Below, piece by piece: positions 8,637 to 17,260 of a stretch of DNA of 64,000 bases. Made by a program: the position numbers and the translations under genes. The stretch is from IMG/VR virus record IMGVR_UViG_3300007504_000003, positions 1-64,000 of that record; one strand, written 5' to 3'. Below the pieces are notes generated by a model that had not been told where the DNA came from, ran no database searches, and saw only the letters and a program-made list of their open reading frames with translations. This DNA comes from a virus. Each line of letters begins with the position of its first letter. The stretch's first letter is position 1.

Positions 8637-9391
8637 TATAGGCACTCTGGGTGGATGTAGCCCGAGGGCTGCTTGCGATAACAAAGAAGCTGGGTCCCCA
8701 TAGGCACATCCTCAATCGGCGGGAGCACTTCCCCACAAGCAACGCACCGGATCCCCGGTGAATAGCGAACCCAACGAGTCCCCGGGTGGTCTTTGGTTTT
8801 CGGCGTGGGTGCAGGATCACGCTTCGGCTTTTTCGCAGAAGCGTTGCGGCGGAAGACCCCGATCAAAGCTTCAACACAAGGCCCCGCCAGTAAGCAATCC
8901 CCGCATTCCGGGACTCGCTCCCAATGGGAAAAACAGGGGGTCCCTTCCGCCACCCGAGAGAGGACGTAATCCTCTACCTCTACATGCGAGAGGTTGTCCG
9001 GAAAGGAGAGGGCTAGGCCGAAACCACCGGAACGGGGTTCGGCCTCCATAATCTTCGGAGCGATGAGAGAGCCCCGCTCTGTCAGCGACCACATGCCCCG
9101 AGATTTCGGGGCTTGGTACGCGAGCCCCTGGTCTTTCAGAGAAAGGAAAGCACGCCCTATCCAATAGGGCACCTTGAGGCGGCCCTCGCCTCCTGGTCGG
9201 ACACCGTACTTATCCGCTTCCCATCCCAGGGAATCGAGGACGTAATCGATCACGGCGTCCCGACCTATCAAGGCTCCGGGGCTTCCCAGGAAATGAAGGG
9301 CCTGAAGCACCGGGACGCGAAAGAACGCGGGCTTGGGCTCAGCGTTCTTCGCCGCTTTGACTTGTTTCAAAACTCTCCTGGCGTCTCGCAT
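8636..9391 (-). CDS. Mrr N-terminal-like winged-helix protein with Cys-rich C-terminus
   Basis: PVLQAL...IGRAFLSLKDQGL...RGMWSLTERG (Mrr_N pattern), CGDCLLAGPC and CVACGE; no PD-(D/E)xK nuclease part. Confidence 0.65.
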   Translation of the reverse strand: MRDARRVLKQVKAAKNAEPKPAFFRVPVLQALHFLGSPGALIGRDAVIDYVLDSLGWEADKYGVRPGGEGRLKVPYWIGRAFLSLKDQGLAYQAPKSRGMWSLTERGSLIAPKIMEAEPRSGGFGLALSFPDNLSHVEVEDYVLSRVAEGTPCFSHWERVPECGDCLLAGPCVEALIGVFRRNASAKKPKRDPAPTPKTKDHPGTRWVRYSPGIRCVACGEVLPPIEDVPMGTQLLCYRKQPSGYIHPECL

Positions 9392-9398
9392 CGGTTCT

Positions 9399-10607
9399 CT
9401 ACCCTGTAGTGACCAGAGCACCGGAATCAGCCATCTTCCGGGCTTCCTCCAAAGGATAGAACCCCTGGGTGAAGCCCCACTGGCCTCCTCGGCGGATCTT
9501 GTTCCCGCCGATGGTCACGTAGCGATCACCGGGGTCAAGGTGATCGCGGTAGCCGGCACCCTCCGGCGTATAGCGACGCCACGCGAGGTTGCCATCGCTA
9601 TCGTAGACGGCGACGGACAGGGGCTCCATCCTGTAGCTGCGGTACGCACTCAGGGGCAAGGACGACTGGATGTACCGCTTCGCGGTCGCGACCGGCCCGG
9701 AGACGGGGTCCGGAACGGGACCGTTGGTGGGGGGCTCTACCTGCTGAGCATTCACCTGAAGGAGCTGGAGATTCATGGTGCCAGGGATGGGGCGGCTGAG
9801 CCACTCATCCAGGCTGGCGGCGACGTCATCCCCGGTGTCCTTCTTGTAGACGCGAACACCGGGGATGACAGCCCCGGTGGGGCTGTCCCGGAGGGGGCCG
9901 AAACTCCCCCAGTTCACATCGCGAGCGGCGGGCCCGGCCTCAAAGACCGCCAGCACCTTCCCCCATTCCTTCATGAATGAATCCTCAGTGTCCACCGAGC
10001 GGAGAGGAGAGAGGTCCACCGTGACCCCGGCGGTCTTCGCCATCTGCTCCAACTCCAGCAGGGCCCCCCGATACGCAGCGGCGTCCTGGATCTTGAGGGA
10101 CCGAAGGAGCCGGTCATTCATCAGCGTCCGGAGAGCCCCAGACAGCACCCGCCCTTCCAGAGACTTGCGGACAGAATGGAGGGCCTCGACGACGTGAGCC
10201 TGGGTCACCGGCAACCGACGCGGACCCGCCTCCTTCAGAGCCCGGCGGAGACGGGTGATAGAAGCGTCAGGAGCCACGTCAAGCCCCTGAAGGCTCGCCA
10301 CCCGGGCCAAACCCTCCCTGTCGTTGTAGGAAGGGCTGGAGGGCGTCCAGTCCCTCGTATGAGCCATGATACCTGCGGTCGCCATCTCCTGAGCGACCGT
10401 CCCCGGGTTCATCTGGGTGAGAGCGGCGAGGCTTTCGCTCACCAGCACGGGGTACGACACCCCGAGCCAGCCCGTGACGTAATCAACCCCGTCGCCGTAG
10501 ACGACGGGGCGGGCCTTGCCCCCCCTGGTGACGCCCTTCTTCCGGTTGAAGAAGGAGCAAGGAACCGGGCCGGGACCCGAGAGGGCTGCTGCGAGGGTCG
10601 TGGACAT
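9399..10607 (-). CDS. Hypothetical protein
   Basis: Long ORF with GC3-rich codons; GGTCGTATA element upstream (10631-10639). Confidence 0.65.
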   Translation of the reverse strand: MSTTLAAALSGPGPVPCSFFNRKKGVTRGGKARPVVYGDGVDYVTGWLGVSYPVLVSESLAALTQMNPGTVAQEMATAGIMAHTRDWTPSSPSYNDREGLARVASLQGLDVAPDASITRLRRALKEAGPRRLPVTQAHVVEALHSVRKSLEGRVLSGALRTLMNDRLLRSLKIQDAAAYRGALLELEQMAKTAGVTVDLSPLRSVDTEDSFMKEWGKVLAVFEAGPAARDVNWGSFGPLRDSPTGAVIPGVRVYKKDTGDDVAASLDEWLSRPIPGTMNLQLLQVNAQQVEPPTNGPVPDPVSGPVATAKRYIQSSLPLSAYRSYRMEPLSVAVYDSDGNLAWRRYTPEGAGYRDHLDPGDRYVTIGGNKIRRGGQWGFTQGFYPLEEARKMADSGALVTTG

Positions 10608-10656
10608 AAATGTCTCCGATGTGTCCCTCTTATACGACCAGGGAGCCGGAACTACC

Positions 10657-12207
10657 CTAGTAGACGAGGAAAAAAGGGTCCCTCGCGGCGTCCTGAGCCC
10701 TCAACCAGACCTCCCCGCGAGCGGTGCAACGCAGGTTGCCGTGTCGCTGCACCGCCCAGCCCTCGCGGCAGAGGTACTCCACCACCTCACCGAAGGTGCG
10801 ACCCCAGACCAGGGGCTTGTCCGTCTCCGGGACACCCGGGAGGTGCGGGGGATCGACCCTTGCCCTCACCGAGTCCAGCCGGGGGTTCTCGGACTCCAGG
10901 GCGACCTTGAGCACCTTGAGGGCGACCTGCCCCTTCACCGCGCTCATCCTCAGGGTGTTCCTCACCGTCTGGATCAGGGTGCTCGCGCGGTCATACCCGA
11001 CGCCCTCCCTGTCCGCGAGTTCCTGAATCGCGAGGCCCTCGCACTGCGACTCGATCACGCCCAGATAGCGATCTGCGACGGACGGCTTGAGAGCCCTCAA
11101 TGCCCGCTCGACCTCCGCGAGTCCGTGGGAGACCGCTTCCCGCTCCAGAATGTCCGCCTCCAGGTTCCGCCCGGAGGCGTCGAGGAGCGGCCCCCCGGAT
11201 TCGTCTCCGTCATTGACATAGACGGGGTGAAACTCCTGGGTGGTGAGCGGGACCACCTGCTCCCCGTCCCGACGCTCGCGGAGAGTGGAAGCCCCGTACA
11301 GGGTACGGGAGACCGGGTCCCGCCCATCTGCCATCAGATCCGAGACCGCGGAGCGGTAGCAGTAGACCTTGAGCTGGCTGAAGTAGATCGTCTCCCCGCG
11401 GTTAATCCGCCCCGCGAACGAGTCCAGGTCGATCAGGGACACCAGCTTGTTGTGGACGTGCTCCCGGATCTTCCTGAACTGGAGGCTCCTCGGCAGCTTC
11501 TTCGCCAGATAGGCATAGAGCCTCTGCAAGGTCTGTTCATCGACGTTCTCGTCGAGCCACTGAGCGGTCTGGTTGTACCCGGGGCGACCCCGGGCCTGGA
11601 TGGTCTCCTCTGCCTGAAGTGCCCCCAGGGGGGTGAGCATCCACCAACCCGCCACCGGACGGGTACGCTTCAGCAGAGCATCCCGCTCGGAGAGCGGGAG
11701 ACCCCACAGGTAGTCGGGATCGATATGGGTGCAGGCACCCGTGGTGATCAACCGAGGGTTCTCGGGCTCCTGACCCGACTTCCAGATGACGGGCTGCCAC
11801 GTCAACTCCGGGCGGGAGTTGCAGTAACCCCGCCGCTGGTTCCGGAACGCCCACCCAACGACCCGGTAGAGGCCCGGCTTCGTGCCCCGCTTCTTGGCGT
11901 CCAGCCTCCAGCCAGGGGGGAGGTGATCGAGGCGAGTGACCCCAGCCATCTCCTTCAGACCACCGATCACGAGGATCTGGCGACAGAGGGCGTCGGTCTT
12001 TTTCACCGGGACGAAGGGCAGAACGACGGAGTGAGAGCCGTCGTCGCGGTAGGTAGACGTCAAAGCGTCCCGGTAGCAGGAGGGGACACCGTCGGTCAGA
12101 AGTTCTCCGCCCAGAAACGTCAGGTCGGAGAGGCTGTAGGAACCGAGGGTCCAGATCAGGGCTTCACGAAAAGCCCGAGCCGTAGGAAAACGGCGAGTCT
12201 CACGCAT
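10657..12207 (-). CDS. Sigma70/ECF-like regulator with an N-terminal winged-helix-like extension
   Basis: Region-2-like YCYRSAVSDLMA; region-4 HTH GLAIQELADREGVGYDRASTLIQTVRNTL; GWWMLTPLG wing-like motif. Confidence 0.55.
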   Translation of the reverse strand: MRETRRFPTARAFREALIWTLGSYSLSDLTFLGGELLTDGVPSCYRDALTSTYRDDGSHSVVLPFVPVKKTDALCRQILVIGGLKEMAGVTRLDHLPPGWRLDAKKRGTKPGLYRVVGWAFRNQRRGYCNSRPELTWQPVIWKSGQEPENPRLITTGACTHIDPDYLWGLPLSERDALLKRTRPVAGWWMLTPLGALQAEETIQARGRPGYNQTAQWLDENVDEQTLQRLYAYLAKKLPRSLQFRKIREHVHNKLVSLIDLDSFAGRINRGETIYFSQLKVYCYRSAVSDLMADGRDPVSRTLYGASTLRERRDGEQVVPLTTQEFHPVYVNDGDESGGPLLDASGRNLEADILEREAVSHGLAEVERALRALKPSVADRYLGVIESQCEGLAIQELADREGVGYDRASTLIQTVRNTLRMSAVKGQVALKVLKVALESENPRLDSVRARVDPPHLPGVPETDKPLVWGRTFGEVVEYLCREGWAVQRHGNLRCTARGEVWLRAQDAARDPFFLVY

Positions 12208-12384
12208 ATGTTCAAGCTCCAGCGGCGTGGCTGCTCAGCAGCTCGGCCTGAAGGATTTCAGAGGGGTCAGTCAGGGTGCCGAGACAGGATGAGAAGATCA
12301 GGTCGCGGCTTGGAGAAGGTCGCACGTCAGGGCTCACTCGTCAAGCCCTCGGGCACCACTTTCTGTCCTCCCCCGGTGAGGAGC

Positions 12385-12404
12385 CTATAAGTCCCTGACG
12401 GTAG
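12385..12404 (+). promoter_or_regulatory. Candidate late promoter CTAT-N12-GTAG
   Basis: CTAT AAGTCCCTGACG GTAG upstream of ATG 12425. Confidence 0.5.
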
Positions 12405-12424
12405 GAACCCATCGGGAGACAGGA

Positions 12425-13498
12425 ATGCCTATCAACCCCCAGGATTTGTCTCTTCGGCTTCAGACGCTTGAAGCCGTCGCCGGGGAACCGCTAGGGGCGT
12501 GGTCTCAGAATCCTTACGTTGGATGGCAGCGGGCGAAAGCCTGGGTCGAGAACGAAGGCTCTGACATGGACCCCCTCTGGACGGCAGAACGAGATCATCG
12601 ATTCTGGTCGGCTTTTGAGGGTGCCGTTCTCGGATACCTCAAGAAGAACATGGGCCCGGCTGACTCCAGCCGGAACACGCCCGAAGAGGCGTTCTCCTCT
12701 ATCCTGATGGGTATCCCCCTCGGGGCTGGGCAGATCCGTGACCCCCTCTTCCGGGGGATCGGGAAGCAGCTCCGGACCAAGATCCTTCGGGGTCAGGCGA
12801 AGCCCCTGGATGTGCTCCGGCTGGCGATCAGGGGAGGCAAGCAGCGAGCGAATGACGAGCTGCGGGTATCTGGAGACCGGATCCGTCACCGCGATGAAGG
12901 GACTGACCTGACAGCCCCGGGAAGCTCTGACGACCCGAGGCATCGCCGTCAGTTGGGTGACCCGGGTCAGGCCCCTGCTTTCGCCCCTGAGGAAGGCGGC
13001 GTTAAGGAATTCCTCGGCAAGGATGCCCGGGAAGCCGTCATCCAAGCCATCACGAGGGGGATGGTGGGAGAGGGTCAATCCTCCCCGATCTGGCAGCGTC
13101 TCATCTCGGTGTGGCTCGGTCAGGATGACCGCTTCCCCAGGGCGAAGGCAAGTCCCCGTGAGGTTCAGGTACTCCAGGCGATTCGGGAGAACTACCGAAA
13201 CCTTCAGCAGAAGAGGCGGGAGCAAGGGGAGCCCGGGACTGAGGGCTACGACAGCAGCCTCGATTTCAAGTGGAAGGATGTAGCTGGACTGACTGGCCTC
13301 ACACCGGCTCAGGTGAGCCGGTCTATCCGGAAGCTTGGTGACAAGATCAACACGTTGCTCAAGTCTCCTGGTGCTGTAGAAGACCTGTTCAACACCCCCC
13401 AGCTTCGTCAAGAGCTGACGCAGCAGATTCGACTCGCGAAGACCAGGAAGAAGAAGGCGGCAGAACGAGTCGCCCTCAGGTGGTTGGAACAAGACTGA
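12425..13498 (+). CDS. Divergent sigma-factor-like protein
   Basis: C-terminal HTH KWKDVAGLTGLTPAQVSRSIRKL; region-2-like AIRGGKQRANDELR; ends in RVALRWLEQD. Confidence 0.5.
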   Translation: MPINPQDLSLRLQTLEAVAGEPLGAWSQNPYVGWQRAKAWVENEGSDMDPLWTAERDHRFWSAFEGAVLGYLKKNMGPADSSRNTPEEAFSSILMGIPLGAGQIRDPLFRGIGKQLRTKILRGQAKPLDVLRLAIRGGKQRANDELRVSGDRIRHRDEGTDLTAPGSSDDPRHRRQLGDPGQAPAFAPEEGGVKEFLGKDAREAVIQAITRGMVGEGQSSPIWQRLISVWLGQDDRFPRAKASPREVQVLQAIRENYRNLQQKRREQGEPGTEGYDSSLDFKWKDVAGLTGLTPAQVSRSIRKLGDKINTLLKSPGAVEDLFNTPQLRQELTQQIRLAKTRKKKAAERVALRWLEQD

Positions 13499-13522
13499 AA
13501 ATTTCCTGAACCGGGGCGTATA
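13497..13522 (+). promoter_or_regulatory. Candidate early promoter GAAAATTTCC-N10-CGTATA
   Basis: Same architecture as 3479, 22088 and 57527; 7 nt upstream of ATG 13530. Confidence 0.45.
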
Positions 13523-13529
13523 GAGAGCC

Positions 13530-14015
13530 ATGATCATCTCCCCCGATTCCTTCCTCATGGAAGCAGGAGCCTACGTCTGGACTCCCGATCGCTCTCGGGC
13601 TGCCTGGGCTCAGGCTCATCAGACACTCCAACAAGTGATCCTCTCCGGAGGAGTGCAAGAAGTCACCCTGATGGTGGGCCTCCCCGGCTCAGGAAAGAGC
13701 CACTTCCTCAGTCAGAAGGAACCGGCTCCAGGTCAGGTGTTCTTCGATGCCACCTTCGCTCGCCCCCAACATCGGGCGACAACCCTCAAGGTGATTCAGG
13801 ACACGAGGAAGCCCGTGATGGTCTCCCTCATCTGGGTAGACACTCCGGTCTCAACCTGCCTGGAGAGAAACGCCCTCAGGCCCGAGGGTCGCAGAGTCCC
13901 TGAGGAACAAATCCTCTCGATGGCTGAGAGTCTCCGTGATTCTCCTCCCTCTTACCAGGAGGGGTTCACAAGTATCTGCATTGAGAGGAGCCCCTCAGGC
14001 TCTACTGGTGTCTGA
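13530..14015 (+). CDS. P-loop kinase (AAA_33 / polynucleotide-kinase-like)
   Basis: LMVGLPGSGKS, FFDAT, WVDTPVSTCLERNALR and RRVPEE. Confidence 0.85.
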   Translation: MIISPDSFLMEAGAYVWTPDRSRAAWAQAHQTLQQVILSGGVQEVTLMVGLPGSGKSHFLSQKEPAPGQVFFDATFARPQHRATTLKVIQDTRKPVMVSLIWVDTPVSTCLERNALRPEGRRVPEEQILSMAESLRDSPPSYQEGFTSICIERSPSGSTGV

Positions 14016-14210
14016 AGCGTTCACCACAGCACCTTCTTTCAGGGTCACCCTCTTCCTTGGTACCAGGATTCCCTGAGGAGGATCCTGAGCCCTCCGGTAG
14101 GTGATCGTGAGCAAGGTCCCTTGAGGGTGTCCGGTTAGAGCCACCAGCTCCTCATAGGTCATCTCGTCCTTTTGGATAGTGACCCGTCGTCCATTGAGAA
14201 TGATCTCCAC
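13995..14210 (-). CDS. Stand-alone ubiquitin-like (Multi_ubiq-type beta-grasp) protein
   Basis: IILNGRR..EMTYEELVAL..TITYRR..P.GILVP..V.LKEG.VVN..TSRA matches the bacterial multiubiquitin repeat pattern. GTG 14210 has AGGAG upstream. Confidence 0.7.
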   Translation of the reverse strand: MEIILNGRRVTIQKDEMTYEELVALTGHPQGTLLTITYRRAQDPPQGILVPRKRVTLKEGAVVNASDTSRA

Positions 14211-14252
14211 GGTGGCTCCTCCTGAGATTTCTATCTTGACACGAGGTAGCAC

Positions 14253-14956
14253 CTCCCTGTAAGACGGGTAGGCTCTTTTTCCCCGTCAGGGGAAGCCCGG
14301 GAATTCTCGGCTCAAGGTTGGCTCCCTGATCCAACCCTCTGTAACCGAGCGGTGTCCGGGGTCGGGAAACCGATCTGGTATCAGACCACCAGCGAGAGAG
14401 ACTCTTGGAAGACCCGAGAGAAAAAGGACTGGCGAACCGCTCCGTCTTGCTCTTTCCAAACTCAACCAACGGAACTTTGAGGATCTGCCTCCTCCACAGG
14501 AAGTTGTGGAGGGACGGAGAGCGGGCCTCCCGGTTTTCACGAACCTCGCAGCTTACCGAGAGGTTCTCCCGTACAGGAAGTAGGGCTAGCAGGATTTGAA
14601 CTGCTGGAGAGGAGGTCAAACTCCCTCTGACTGAGCTTTCGCCCGAAAGCGGGAGAGATAATCTCTTGGACACCTAAGCTGACCTGGGTGCCAAGTGCTC
14701 CAGGTGTCTTCGTCGAAGGACTTCCCCTCAGGAAAGAGAGAGGAGTCAGAGAGAAGACCCTGTAGATCCTAGGCTAGAGCCCAGAGAGGTCCGCTAGGAC
14801 CGATCGCTTAACAACCACTCCAGCAACAACTACTTCAGCAACTCCTACAGCAACGACAACGAGTACAACAACAGCTTCTACATCTACAACGACAGCAGCT
14901 ACAACAACGACACCCCTGACGACTGAGAGCACCTTCCTCCCGGTATAGGGCTGATT
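14253..14956. other. Long apparently non-coding region between divergent genes, with several hairpins
   Basis: No ORF with a credible start. Stems at 14491-14512 (8 bp), 14588-14605 (5 bp) and 14635-14650 (6 bp). Confidence 0.5.
14810..14923 (+). repeat. 3-periodic C/A-rich low-complexity tract
   Basis: C at every third base in 36 of 38 triplets (AAC/TAC/AGC/GAC units). Confidence 0.85.
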
Positions 14957-15328
14957 ATGGCTCAACGGTCTTCTAGCAGGTTTACAGCTTCTACAGCGGA
15001 GACCTCTCTCGCTGTGCCTGTTTTCTATCTCCTGCTGGAGGTAGCCCAGGTTCGGTTCCCCTTATCCAGAAGATCGTCCCCTTCTGAGGTCATCCACATC
15101 TCCAGAAAGGGGGATGTATTGGATGAGCACCACGGAGAGTTTCCGGTCGTGGTCTCCTGGGATCAGTGGAAAGAGGCTGTGGTCCCTGTGTTGGAGGATT
15201 CTAATCTCCAGACAAGGCTTCCTCTCTGTAGAAGAGCTTTGGAGACCGGGAGAGTGGATACCTGGGTGGAACTTATCGGGGTTCGACTTCGGGAGAGCTT
15301 TGAGGCGGCTGGATATACTGATGGCTGA
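14957..15328 (+). CDS. Hypothetical protein
   Basis: First gene of the rightward replication block. Confidence 0.55.
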   Translation: MAQRSSSRFTASTAETSLAVPVFYLLLEVAQVRFPLSRRSSPSEVIHISRKGDVLDEHHGEFPVVVSWDQWKEAVVPVLEDSNLQTRLPLCRRALETGRVDTWVELIGVRLRESFEAAGYTDG

Positions 15329-15518
15329 GAACAAACCGCGGAGACCCCCTGTAAAGCCGAAAAAGATCGACCAACAGGTGTGGATCTCTTGTCGAGCGAA
15401 GAGATCCTGTGAGGGGAATCAGGCGAAGATCGTCTTCCGTCAGAAGACAGGTGGGGGTGGCTCGATCACCCGATACCGGTGTCTCACCTGTAATGGGAGC
15501 TGGCATATCCAGCTCTGA
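15321..15518 (+). CDS. Small zinc-ribbon protein
   Basis: ATG 15321: MAENKPRRPP...SCRAKRSC...YRCLTCNGSWHIQL. Confidence 0.6.
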   Translation: MAENKPRRPPVKPKKIDQQVWISCRAKRSCEGNQAKIVFRQKTGGGGSITRYRCLTCNGSWHIQL

Positions 15519-15533
15519 TCGTAAGAAGGGAAC

Positions 15534-16136
15534 ATGAAGCAACCTGTTCCTCTCCTCTTTCATGGACCAGGGGCTATGCAGGAGTCTCATCAGAGGGCTG
15601 CTAGCCTTGGTCGTCAGGCTCATCAACCTATAGGGGAGGGGGGCTTGAAAGCAGAGGCGGCGAGGCTTGCTGCCAGGATCCTGAGGTTGTCCCCCCTGGG
15701 AGACATGGAATCGGTCTTGATCATCGGTCCTGTGGACAACATCCGTCCTGAGGCTCGGGACGTATTGTTGAAGCCTCTGGAAGAGTATCAGGAGGGGAGG
15801 ACTCTCCCGATACTCTGGGCTCATGATGCAGGGGATGTAGCTGGAACGGTTCTCTCTCGTTGTGAGGTTGTCTGGTGTCCCGATGGACCTCTCGCTGAAA
15901 CTTCGGTTCTCCATGTAGCGGAGAAGATGTTGTCAGCCTGGGAGGCGGGAGAGATCTCCACCATCATAGAGGCTGTCAGAGAGAATAAAGAGGACAGGGA
16001 GCTACTGCTCTCCGCTGGAGCCCTCTTGCTCGCGAAGAGAGGAGGGAAGCCCCATCGACTCTGGGAGTCGATCCGGCGGGCGATGGAGTTAAAGAATCCA
16101 ACCCTGGTGGAGGTTCTTGTCGCATGGCTTCCGTGA
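15534..16136 (+). CDS. holB: Clamp-loader delta-prime-like subunit (degenerate AAA+)
   Basis: EARDVLLKPLEE and GTVLSRC (SRC motif); Walker A is degenerate. Confidence 0.65.
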   Translation: MKQPVPLLFHGPGAMQESHQRAASLGRQAHQPIGEGGLKAEAARLAARILRLSPLGDMESVLIIGPVDNIRPEARDVLLKPLEEYQEGRTLPILWAHDAGDVAGTVLSRCEVVWCPDGPLAETSVLHVAEKMLSAWEAGEISTIIEAVRENKEDRELLLSAGALLLAKRGGKPHRLWESIRRAMELKNPTLVEVLVAWLP

Positions 16137-17125
16137 AGAACCAGTGGACCTTGAGGAAGCTGCCTCCAGTCGTCGTTGTCTCTGGGAACGACACCTTTAT
16201 GGCGAGGTTGGAGGTCGCGAAGGCTCGGAAGACTTTGATGGGGAGGGGCTATCGGTTTCTCCGACTCCCGGGAGAGGACCACTCAGCCCTGGAGGGTCTG
16301 ACGGCTCCTCAAGGGTTTATGTCGCTGGGCAAGGTGCTAGCGGTTGTGACCTCTCCAGAGAAGACCAGCCCGGAGGTTGTTCTTCGTCATTGGGAGAACG
16401 GAGACCCGGATACGTTGCTCCTGTTGCATCAGGAGGGGGCTGTCAGCCGGAAGAAGACGCCTCTCAAGGATCTCCTTGAGAGGCTACCCAACAATGTCCA
16501 CGCCAGATTCTCTCTCCCAAAGCCCTGGGAGGCTCCTAAGCGAGCCGTGAAATACCTGGAGAAGCTGGCTCAAGAGGAGGGCGTCTCTTTGGCCCCTGGT
16601 GTGGCCTCCGGGTTGGTTCAGGTTCAGGGGACCAACCTGGGGTTCCTGCATTTCGAGCTGTGGAAAGCCATTATTCTGGCGAGGTCGGAGGGTGTGGATG
16701 AGGTTGGGGGGTCTCATTTGAAGAGGGTCGTGTCCCCAATCTCCAAAGCATCTGTTGAGCCCGTTGTTCAGGCTCTCGCGAGGAAGGATCCCATGAGACT
16801 GCTCAGGGGTCTGGGGAGGTTGAGGGAGACCCATCCCACGGAGCCGACGATGTTGGTCTGTACCTGGGTTGGAAACGCAGCGACTAGATGGCTTCACGCC
16901 GCGAGCTTGAAAAATCTGGGGGGTTCAGATGAGGATGTGGCGAGCCTGATGGGCGTTCACGTTTTCGTCTACCGGAAGGAGATTCTTCCGGTAGTCCGGG
17001 TGTGGGGTGTGCTGCCTCTGAAGAAGCTCTTACACCGGCTGACGATAGTCACGAGGGCTGTGAGACAGGGGAGGTTGTCCCCGTGGGTCCTTTTGGAGGC
17101 TCAGCTCGTGGTGGCCTGTCGGTAA
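16124..17125 (+). CDS. holA: Clamp-loader delta subunit-like
   Basis: VVVSGNDTFMAR N-terminus, GTNLGFLHFELWKA and a C-terminal collar typical of HolA; coupled to the holB-like gene. Confidence 0.7.
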   Translation: MASVKNQWTLRKLPPVVVVSGNDTFMARLEVAKARKTLMGRGYRFLRLPGEDHSALEGLTAPQGFMSLGKVLAVVTSPEKTSPEVVLRHWENGDPDTLLLLHQEGAVSRKKTPLKDLLERLPNNVHARFSLPKPWEAPKRAVKYLEKLAQEEGVSLAPGVASGLVQVQGTNLGFLHFELWKAIILARSEGVDEVGGSHLKRVVSPISKASVEPVVQALARKDPMRLLRGLGRLRETHPTEPTMLVCTWVGNAATRWLHAASLKNLGGSDEDVASLMGVHVFVYRKEILPVVRVWGVLPLKKLLHRLTIVTRAVRQGRLSPWVLLEAQLVVACR

Positions 17126-17260
17126 AACCCGGGGAATTCCACCATAGGTACTATATCGGGATCCTTTGGATCGGCAGTCCTTCGTGGTCCTCGGTAGGGG
17201 GTTTATAGCCCTGGTTCTATGCTGTCATCGTTTTTGGACCCCCTCCTCCGAGGCGCCGTG

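Noticed and set aside
14581-14610. tRNA-like T-arm (GCAGTTCAAATCCTGC on the minus strand)
   Set aside because: No matching acceptor stem, D-arm or anticodon arm at the required distances.
14628-14665. Hammerhead-like CTGACTGA...GAAA
   Set aside because: The core has an extra nucleotide, the GAAA lies inside the hairpin, and stems I and III cannot be formed.
14152-14673. 173-aa minus-strand ORF and 14405-14599 plus-strand ORF
   Set aside because: Atypical composition, weak TTG starts and overlap with the ubiquitin-like gene; not supported as genes.
14774-14965. 63-aa Val-rich membrane-like ORF on the minus strand
   Set aside because: Its TTG start overlaps the start of the divergent gene, and the hydrophobicity is simply the reverse reading of the periodic tract.
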